Of a stretch of DNA of 64,000 bases, positions 54,306-64,000 are shown one piece after another. The notes under the pieces were generated by a model that worked only from the letters and a program-made list of their open reading frames with translations, made no database searches and was not told the origin of the DNA. The position numbers and the translations under genes are program-made. The stretch spans positions 381,734,001 through 381,798,000 of the forward strand of contig OZ024740.1 of the NCBI GenBank assembly GCA_964016885.1. Direction: 5' to 3'. This DNA is from Eledone cirrhosa. Its lineage: Eukaryota. Within the stretch, counting starts at the first letter, position 1; every line of letters begins with the position of its first letter.

Positions 54306-56740
54306 CGGGTAAAATTCCCGACATCCGTGGACGTGTTCTCTCCAGCGATCTCTGTCCCTTATTATCGCTACCATGTCCTGCGTCTCCAAGTGACCAGTGT
54401 CTGTCCTTAGAGCATCATCTTATGTTAACGTCGCTCTTCCTCTTCCAGTGTGTCCATGCAGGGGCTCCCACAGGATCACTGAGTGCAGTGTCAATTCTGG
54501 ATGTCGGTGACCATGCCCAGCTAACCTCAGTCTCCTCAGTGTCACTTTTGAGCTGACGTTTGCGAGGCCCCCATACAGCTCAGAGTTCTTCATCCTCAAT
54601 GTATACTGATTAAGGTTCAAAGCCATCCTCAGCATTCTTGTGTAGCACCCATCCACCACCTGAATGAGTTTCTTGGCCAGGGTTCAAGTCTCAGACCCTA
54701 ACAGCAGCACATACTCCACTACAGCAACGAAGAGACGGATATTCAGGTCGTTACGAAGGTCCGACTGCCACACCGATCTGAAGCTGTGGCACGCCGCCCA
54801 GGCTTTGCTCTTCCTCTCAACCACATCATCTTCCATATTCCCAATCTTAGCTCCCAAATACAGGAAGTCCTCAACCAATTCAAGCGGCTTCACGCCTACA
54901 TTAGTAATCTTCTCTGGCTTCTTAATATTCTCTACCAGATATTTCGTCTTAATCTCATTCATTCTCAGCCCCTCACTCATCGACACAGTCTCCACTACCT
55001 GCATCAAATCATCTGCCTCCTTCACTGTGTTGTCACCAAAACTATGTTGGAGTCAAATTCAGCATCTGATATCTTTTTCGCCTTACTCTGCTGCTCTGAG
55101 CCAGTGCTACAGTAAAGACAGAGTCCTGGTGTTTCTCCAGCGCAAGGCAGATACAATAGTCCACTGCGATGATAAAAAGATAGGGAGCCAATGTATCTCC
55201 CTGGAGCACTCCAGCCAGTATCTCAAAGAACTCTGTCATCCCATAAGGTGTAATGACTTGGGCTTTGGTGTTTGTATAGAGCAGTGATATCAGGTCCACT
55301 ATCTTCTTGGGGATTCGATAAGCCTGTAATATCTTCATCAGGCAGTGACGGTCCTCAGAATCAAAGGCCTTCCTAAAGTCAATGAAAACCATGATCGCAG
55401 GAAGGCACTTTGCTCTAGCTCCATCTAATATCCTCATCAGCATCAAGATGTGACTGGTGGTTGATCATCCCTCTCTGAAGCCGTTCTGGTTGTCCATGAG
55501 CTTCTTCTTCATCTCGGGCTGGATCCTGTTAAGAATCATCCTGTTGAGGGTCTTTGCCACAAGTGACGTCAGTGAGATAACCCTGTAGTTGTTGGTGTTA
55601 AAGAGAACCCCTTCTTTGGCACTGGTACGATGCTACTGATCCTCCACTGATTCGGGGCAACTCCTTTCTCCAGTGCCTGGGTACAGAACCCCAGGATGAT
55701 ATCATCAAGATCACACCTCTTCATCACCTCTGATGCCACTCCATCTTCTCTATCAGGCTTGTCCTCCTTGAACTTCTTGGGTCTCTGAAGCTCCTCTCTA
55801 GTGAAGGGCGCTGTTTCAATATCCAGTTCCTTAAACATCCGCCTGATCTCGCAAATGTTCTGGGCTGTGGGGGGGGGGGGAGCTCTTATAGTAGGGTCCT
55901 AAAATGGTCCAGCCATTTACCCATCCCATCCTAGGGCCCTGTTCCCTGGATCTGACTCAAACACCTTCTCTTCCTCCCTGTGATCTCGTTGATGATCATC
56001 CAGCTCTCCTTACATCCAGACCTGCCAACCACACTTCTGATCTTCTCTACCAGTGCCTCATCTCTGGATCTCTGGCCTCAGTGTAAGCGGTACAGAGTTC
56101 TTCCCTCATCATCTCCACATTGTGCTTCCTCTCCTCCGTAGGATCAACATAGAATTGGTTCTTGGCAGCTTTCAGGTATTCTCTGGCTGCACACTCTTTT
56201 GGGTCTGAAGAGCTGACGTGCTTCCTCTTGTTCTTTTTCCTCGACACCTGGGTATCACTGGCTTCCGCCACTGCATTGGTAAAGTACCCGTACCTCCTCG
56301 TCACACTCTCCTCAGTGCCTCCAATCTCTCTCTCTTCTGTCTCTCAACACAGAGCGCTGAACCTGTTCCTCACTTCTACTGTGAACCTCTCCTGTAGCTT
56401 ATCATCTTCGTTGAAAGCTCCCCAGTCATAGATTTCTCTCCGGGACTGAGCCTTACTCTTTCTTAAGCTCACCCGCACTTCACTCATAACAAGCCGGTGG
56501 TCACTTCCCAGTGTACTGAAATAGTTTTATTGTTCTGTATTCAGAACACTATTCCGCCACTTTTTCCTCACCAGAATGGAATTAATTTGGGACTTGAACA
56601 CGTGCATATCTGAGATGTAGGCCACATCTTCCCCGGATTCTTCCTAAACCTTAGGTTGGTTGCTATTAAGTTGGCCTCCAGCAGGGTCTCTCTCAGTAGT
56701 CTTCCATTTCGGTTGGTGTTGTTATGGAAGTACCAGCAAT
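54304..56740 (-). mobile_element. 5'-truncated, frameshifted RTE-like LINE
   Basis: GSDHRL (endonuclease end), IVPVPKKG, FIDFRKAFDS, GVLQGDTLAPYLF, VEDFLYLGA, LLLGSET, DGCYTRMLR, RRLRLAGH. The 3' end abuts (TA)n. Confidence 0.92.
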
Positions 56741-56797
56741 GTATATATATATTATTGTTAGAGAATACAGTACCAAATTCTCGAACAAATATTTTTA

Positions 56798-57135
56798 TTG
56801 GTTTACAATTGTTTCAGAAGCCAGACCATAATCCAGTTCGTAAAATAAAATGTATCAATTATAGAATCGATAAGAACAAATGATAATTGTTTCTACTTTA
56901 GGTACAAGGCCTGTAATCATCCCAGGGCATTAATGGTACTTTATTTTCTCGACCCCGTAAGGATGAAAGGTAAAGTTAACGTGGGCAGGATTTGAACTCA
57001 GCCGTAAAGGGGCGTAGCTCCATGCTGAAAAGCAGGGCGTCCGACACTCTACCTATTCTGCCAATCCACCGCCCTTAAGATAAGAACAGATGATAATAAA
57101 ACTGAATTATGAACTGACCTCATCTTCAGAATCAA
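56798..57135 (-). ncRNA. Hammerhead ribozyme interrupted by a SINE in loop II
   Basis: Minus strand ttgatt-CTGAAGA-tgaggtcagttcataattcagtt...[SINE]...aactggattatggtctggcttct-GAAA-caattg-TA-aaccaa. Confidence 0.7.
56884..57073 (-). mobile_element. tRNA-derived SINE
   Basis: Family match. TSD gataagaaca(a/g)atgataat at 56869 and 57079. Confidence 0.9.
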
Positions 57136-58099
57136 AATGAAAATAAACATAAGATTCAAAATACATGTCACTGATGGTGGGGACTACAAAAAAGACGAAA
57201 GGCAAACCATAGCACTTATCATTCGAAGGACCGAAACAGAAGGAGAATACATTCTAAATTCTAAGAAGCCAGTTATGCGTTTAAGTAATAGAAGATTCAT
57301 ATAACAGGAAGTAAACAGGTGTAAATAGCAAGGGGCATAAATATGATGTAAGGGGGACTATTTGTTATTAAAAATATTTTAAAATCTGGTATTTAATGGA
57401 AATTAATGTTGATATAATAAGGTGCTAATTAAGAAAGAATGCGAAGTTTTATTATTATTTATAGAATTAAAAGATGAATATAGGTGTGAGATGTAACGTG
57501 CACAATTTCTCAAAGGAGTTAATTTGAGAGGAACCATTAAGAATAGAATGATAAGAGAAACTAATGTATATTTTGACAGATGGAGTAAAAATATATTATA
57601 ATATATTATAGAATACAGGGTTTAATAAAGGTAGAAGAAAGGAAAAGCATAATTATCATATTTAATGACCAAGCTAGGTGCAACGGGGTATAAGACGTAA
57701 AACTATTGAATATGTGTTCATCCAATGTTTGTTTAGTAAGAGGGGAAGGTTTAAGTTAAGGGTGAAAATATATTGAGTAATACATGGGTAAAGAAATTGA
57801 GTAAATAATTGAGTAAAGAAATTGAGTAAAGAAGGAAAAGGAACGAACTGAATTGTGGTCTGTCTTCTGAAACAATTGTAAACCAATAAATACATTTGTT
57901 CAAGAATTTGGTATTGTATTATCTAACAATATTGTTTTTATTAACTCTCTGCATTTACACTTTTTGCATGAAATACGATTTTCTCTCTTACTTTCACAGT
58001 TCGCTTGTCTCGCACTCAATACGCATTGAGCACCCTGTCCTCTTCACTACTGGCTTATAATTCTCACAACTAATCTCCTATCTCTCCTTCTTTTACTCA

Positions 58100-58354
58100 A
58101 ATTATTCATTAAAATAGAGACCAAATGCAATTAATATTATTAAATGCGGATTTACAAACCTTTCTTCCTGAGACTTTTCTGTAGCTGTTGGCTGTTGATT
58201 TTCTGTAACTGCTGGCTTTTGATTGCTTTGGTGAGATTATAAGGAGGATTTATTATTAAATAACTAGTTTGAAAAGTCCCAGGAAAGGGATGAAACGTCC
58301 GTAAATCATCATTTAATGTATTAATTGTATTTGGTGTCTATTTTAATGAATAAT
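58100..58354 (+). mobile_element. Old pLTR-like insertion with inverted arm and decayed HHR (about 58265-58307)
   Basis: 58100-58164 is inverted relative to 58291-58354. TTGAAAA-gtccc-aggaaa-gggat-GAAA-cgtccg-TA. Confidence 0.55.
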
Positions 58355-58458
58355 GAATAATTTGCTTCTAGTGTAATTATTATTTTTAGCACGATTGGAT
58401 TTTCTATACATGTCTTTCAGTGGAGTATGATATTTAGCCTTTTGTATTGCTTATTATA

Positions 58459-59046
58459 ATAATTGTTTCTACTTTTGGTACAAGGCCAGCAATTACCCAG
58501 TACATTACTGGTACTTTATTTTATCGACACCCGTAAGGATGAAAGGCAAAGTTAACCTCGGTGGGATTTGAACTCAGACCGTAAAAGGACGTAACTATGC
58601 TAGAAAGCATGGCATCCAACCCTCTACCGATACTGCCAATTCACCGTCCTCTTGTTTATTATAATAATTGTTTCTACTTTTGGCACAAGGCCATCAATTA
58701 ACCAGTGCATTACTGGTACTTTATTCTATCGACCCCGGAAAGGATGAAAGGCAAAGTTAACCTCGGCGAGATTTGAAGTCAGAATGCCAAGGGCCGTAAC
58801 TCAATGCGTCAAAGCATGGCGTCCGACCCTCTACCAATACTGCCAATCCACCGCTAATAATTGTTTCTACTCTTAGCACAAGGCCAGCAATTACCCAGTG
58901 GATTACTGGTACTTTATTCTATCGACCCCGTAAGGATGAAAGGCAAAGTTAACCTCGGCGGGATTTGAACTCAGAATGGCAAGGGCCGTAACTCAATGCG
59001 TCAAAGCATGGCGTCCGACCCTCTACCGATACTGCCAATGCACCGC
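58459..59046 (-). mobile_element. Three consecutive SINE copies (58459-58648, 58664-58854, 58857-59046)
   Basis: Head-to-tail family matches separated by taataat-type sequence. Confidence 0.92.
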
Positions 59047-59165
59047 TAATAATAAACTCTATTTTGAACTGTGTTTAACTTCTCCAACTATCTTTATAAA
59101 TTTGTGTATGTTTCTGTAAAAAAACGATAATTATTTAAACATTGCTTTTTCTTCGGAATTAACTA

Positions 59166-59233
<68 letters not shown>

Positions 59234-59443
59234 ATGTGTGTGTGTGTGTGTGTGTGTATGTGTGTGTATGTGTGTGTGTATGTGTATGTCTGTGTGTATA
59301 AATAGTATTTCGCTTCAGGCATAGCTTTATACAAATATGTATAGAAATTTCGTATTTCTAAAGAAACACGGTTTTAGGAAGCCTTAGCTATGCAAACACC
59401 GGGGCTAACACCCTCTGGTGGTCTCCAGCAAAACAAGGGGGAC

Positions 59444-59489
59444 AACCGTCTATGCATTTCAGGCTTGACTGGCCTGCGCCAGGACGGTC
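59444..59489 (-). ncRNA. Hammerhead-like fold with non-canonical core
   Basis: Minus strand gaccgtc-CTGGCGC-aggc-cagtcaa-gcct-GAAA-tgca-TA-gacggtt. Confidence 0.6.
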
Positions 59490-59555
59490 CTTCCCACCGC
59501 TTGCAACTGGTGGACTTGAAAAAAGTCGTGAATATATAGTTTCTGGTCTGTGTAA

Positions 59556-59630
<75 letters not shown>

Positions 59631-59634
59631 AATA

Positions 59635-59741
<107 letters not shown>

Positions 59742-59890
59742 TGTTATACTTTGGGAGGGTCATGTTGCCAATAAGAAACACACGCACCAGTTGCTTTCAC
59801 TTCAATTTATTATAATAAATTCATAAATTTAGGAATTTATAAATTTCCGGTTGGTTGGTTGGTTCCACAACCAGATGATTATTTATATAT

Positions 59891-59935
59891 TGTCAAAGTT
59901 CTTTCGTCACACATTCTGTGACCTCTTCAGTGCCT
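59891..59935 (-). ncRNA. Decayed hammerhead ribozyme
   Basis: Minus strand aggca-CTGAAGA-ggtcacagaatgtgtgac-GAAA-gaac-TT-tgaca. Weak stem I. Confidence 0.5.
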
Positions 59936-60002
59936 GGGGATTCTTTTCTTTGTTTTTTGTGCCTCTCCTTTGTTCTGTCCTACGCCATCTTGTTTTTTGT
60001 TA

Positions 60003-60041
<39 letters not shown>

Positions 60042-60187
60042 TTTTGAGTTTATGTTGGTTGTATACCAACACCTCAGTATGCAGGCTGGAGCACTCGACG
60101 AAGTGCGCAGGTTGGTTTGGTTACTCCGGAGTAGTGTAAAATAAAGTTAAATAAAAGTCAAATGATTAAAATTTAGCTTCGTTTATT

Positions 60188-60242
60188 ACTGCTATATATA
60201 TTTCAGTGACAGCCATTTTTGGCTGTGACCTCTTCAGGCAGT
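60188..60242 (-). ncRNA. Intact type I hammerhead ribozyme
   Basis: Minus strand actgc-CTGAAGA-ggtcacagcca-aaaa-tggctgtcact-GAAA-tatata-TA-gcagt. Confidence 0.88.
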
Positions 60243-60499
60243 TTGAATTAGTATGGTATAGACAAGTACATATGTTGTTTAGGTGTATGATATTGTCAAT
60301 ACTCTGATATGCCCAGTTCCTTGTTGGGTTGTTAATTCACTGGGGAACTATATATATATATATATATATATGTTATCGTTTTAGGTAATCCAGTTAGAGG
60401 TTGTGAATAATCTGTATTGTGGATAGTTTTATCGTACGGCGTTGTTTGACCGAACAAGACACAGGCATTGCTTTATATCTGGTGATCTCTCTGCACTTG

Positions 60500-60685
60500 T
60501 CGTCACATGGTATCATGGGCCCACCACTATGTGTCAATAATTGTCACAAGTGTAGTGTTTGTACCAGAGTTTTCAAGTCGCTGACTGGACTAAAAAGTCA
60601 CACTCGTTCAGCGCATCGATAGGGGTTCTCCTACATGGATATAATGTAGTGGCCGTACTCGAAAACGAGTTGGCAGCCACCATGT
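60500..60685 (+). mobile_element. RTE-like LINE 3' terminus with C2H2 finger
   Basis: CSVCTRVFKSLTGLKSHTRSAHR-stop, followed by a short UTR stem-loop gtggc..ctcg-aaaa-cgag..gccac. Confidence 0.6.
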
Positions 60686-63246
60686 ATTCTATTAGCACGT
60701 TGTATCCTTATGAAACAAGACAATCAACTGTCCTTGTTTTCATAATAATGTTATTCAACAAAATATAATCATGACTGTGGTTGTGAAAGTTCCTGCAAAT
60801 TAAATCAGTAAGAACTGTGTCGGTTTATCCACGTGACATGATTGAGGCACCGCACAAACTGAGATGCATTGACTGTCGCTCCACCTCTCCCTTTCACCGC
60901 TTGATCCTTCTTTCTTTTTCTCCCTTTCATTTTTTCTTTTTTTCTTCCTTCTCTGTCCTCTTTAGTAGAGTATTTTATTTTCATTAGCTACTGAGTTACT
61001 GCTCAATTATTTTTATATAATGTCAATGGCCTTTCATGACATTGTGAGATTTTTCTATTTTGAATAAAATGTGTTTTCTACAGTCTTAATTTTAGAAAAC
61101 ACTTATTAAAATAAATTCAAGAAGCATCATACAATATGTAGACATAATGCTTCTGAAGTTAATGAGTTGCAGAGTTCTCACCGGGAATGCAATTTAGTGT
61201 AACAACACTAAAATCAATATTGAAAATTAGAGCGTGGAAAAAAATCCTTCGCGTTATTTGTTCCATTTCGTTCGACTTGACCTAAAGCGAGGTCAATTTT
61301 GATTTTCACTCTTCCGTGATCAACATCAAGTGCCTTTCTAAGGTGATACATTGGTAGTGTTGACAGAGAACAAGGTGAGAAAGCTTGTGGTGATTATTTC
61401 TGGATATATTTTGCCCTCATGCTACTAGGCAAGTTGGCACTCTTTGCTTCCTTGATGAAACGGTAAAATCAAAATTCAAATTTCCCATAGAATATTTACT
61501 TATATATGCTGTTGGTCATGATGGTTAGCCCCAGCACTTGGGAATATATTATCAGTAGTAACTCAATCGCAATCAGATCATTCTCTTCGTATTGTATAGT
61601 ACATCCATAACATTATAGAAAGTCCTTTTATTTTCCTGATAGTATGGTCTTATTTAGGTGTGATCTGACAGATGTTTAATCTAACCTGCCATGTGATGGT
61701 GTAGAATCCATCATTTGATGTTACATAAGGTTATTTCTTAATATAAATGTGTAACAGCCCACGATGTAGATATATACCCATACGTAATATACAATCTCTC
61801 GTATACACACGCATTCACACACACACCCATTTACGTACAAACGTGTAATTACACAGATACATAAACACGTAGCCAGAAACCCAAATGCCTACACACACAA
61901 ACATTCACGCAGATCTATATACAATAGCATAATAGCATAGATGTAGAAATACACACAAACACACACACACATATATATATACGTCGACATTATATGAATA
62001 TACGCATACATATACATATGTATGCATGTCGGTTTGCATGTATATACGCATACAGACGTACATCCATTAGTATTTACTTTGTTAATCTATGGCATTGTTT
62101 CAAAAGATGACATTGATAGCTGCTGGGAAATGTAAGGTAAGATAACGAATAAAAGATAACAAATTAAATACGAAAAACATGAGAAAGCGTTGGAAATCTT
62201 CTCCATAACAGCCAACTGGAATCTCATAGGTGTCAATATACTTTACTTGAAATATAATTCTGATTTTCTTAATGTTGTTATATTGTGGAAATAGCTTTGT
62301 CAGTGTTGTCATGAGGAGGCTTCTGGGACATCTATCAATCTGTTTATACGTTTAACTATGTATTTGTTCTGATAGTATTGCTCGACACGTATAACATATT
62401 ATCTGTTCGGAGTTCGCTTTTAGTTTTTCAGAACTTAGTTTTCTCATTGTGGTGACAATCCTTGTTCCTTTATTCGCTGTTCATTTTATATTGTGGTGTA
62501 TTGTTATATTAGTCGAGTTGGACTGAAAACGTGACGGATAATGTTGAATAGTTTCTCGAGATTTGTCTTTCACCGTTTCAGTGTTTCACTGAATAAATGA
62601 AAATGACATCATATTTGTGTTTGCTTACATTTGTACAATTACAAGAGTGTGGGATTAGTATTTTAATAGGCATAGTATAAAAACTGTTATTTTCAAGAAT
62701 TGAAAGTAGGGTAAATAATAGATGTAAAGGAAGAGAAAATAAATCGAAGTGTTTTTAACGCAATCAGTTTCAAACACTATGTACTTATAAAGTAACTGTG
62801 TAAAGGACATAATGTTATACCCGAATTTAATTTTTGTGAATATTAAGTGGGTTGCTGTATATCGAAGTAAGAAGCGATTGAAGGCAATATGAGAAAAATA
62901 CGATGTGAATTTACATTACTTAGATATATATGTAATTCAATGATCTATTATTACTGAGCATAAGAAGTTTCTGTTACAAGGAAACAAAACCCAAAGGAGA
63001 ATATTTGAAGGAAATTAAACGCAAATATAGATATCATGTTTGGAAATTAAAATATATATATATGTACGATTTATATGGTACTGTTCGAGCTGAAAGTGGT
63101 AAGCTATTGCTGTATTCAATATGAAAAATATAAGAAAGTTAATTCGTAAATATAAAGTAGCAGAAACAGATATTCTCATTTAGATTGAGTGGATCATTTG
63201 TGTTAATAAACTCATGTTTATGATTAAAATGTATTTATTCATATTG

Positions 63247-63369
<123 letters not shown>

Positions 63370-63866
63370 AATCATTATCCATCGTTTTCCCTGGAATTTT
63401 TAAGCAATTCGGTGAGCAATCGATTTGAGACGATATTACATTATAATAATGTATTCATCCGTAACACCACATTGGATATTGTACTGCTTGTAAATGTATC
63501 TGGTTGAGCCATTAGTGGTCGAGAAAAATGATTGAATGTTATTGTTTACCGCTAATTAGACTGACAGCATTGATTATCCTAACGCAGTGCTATCTATAAT
63601 AGTTGCCTACCAGAGCACACATATTGCAGACTTACTGCTAGTGAGGTATCTATCAGTGGGGGCTATGGGGATTGTTCATGTTCCAAAATGCACTTAGTAA
63701 ATATGTCGGTGATATTGAAACCACGAGGCTATGCTATGTCAACAAAAACTTTAATGATTTCTGTGTTAATATTGTTGTTCACACTAGTATAATTCGTTTA
63801 GGTACTATCACTTCACTACTTTTTGAAAATGAGTATAGGATATGTTCTCTTTCCAATATATATATG

Positions 63867-63909
<43 letters not shown>

Positions 63910-63912
<3 letters not shown>

Positions 63913-64000
63913 TCGTCCACAGTATTCGCGGGGGTTACGTTCCGAGAACACCAGCGAAGAGTGAATAACCGCGAAAATTGGACGTGGTCCATTGAAATGT
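63910..64000 (+). mobile_element. Tigger/pogo-like DNA transposon terminus (runs off the window)
   Basis: TA|cagtcgtccacagtattcgcgggggttacgttcc resembles a Tigger-type TIR start. Confidence 0.65.

Larger units (their letters stand above)
56754..57930 (-). mobile_element. Penelope-like 3' region with 5' inverted pLTR
   Basis: 56754-56841 is inverted relative to 57843-57930. HHR on the minus strand, purine-rich plus-strand spacer. Confidence 0.7.

Noticed and set aside
60419-60622. C2H2 zinc-finger host gene
   Set aside because: A single finger followed by a stop and a LINE-like 3' stem-loop fits an RTE terminus better.

Overview
AT-rich, microsatellite-dense animal DNA, most likely intronic or intergenic octopus (cephalopod) sequence. 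That assignment is inferred from the SINE families and the (TA)n/(CA)n/(GA)n/(GATA)n load. I see no complete host gene, only two weak candidate exons. Recognisable mobile elements are a Tx1/L1-clade LINE with stacked 3' fragments in (GATA)n, RTE-clade LINE remnants, an internally deleted mariner, a Tigger-like end, many tRNA-derived SINEs, a 1.26-kb foldback element and a Penelope GIY-YIG remnant. The main signal is RNA-level: about 25 minimal type I hammerhead ribozyme (HHR) motifs read by eye (stem I-CUGANGA-stem II-GAAA-mostly palindromic stem III-NUH-stem I). They include a young 469-bp tandem/inverted array with five HHRs (32142-34629), a homologous 432-442-bp family (1415-2115, 36122-36999) sharing an ATGCAAAT octamer, and near-perfect HHR-bearing palindromes beside (TA)n. 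Together these look like a retrozyme/Penelope-derived self-cleaving RNA system. All coordinates were counted manually and may be off by a few bases.
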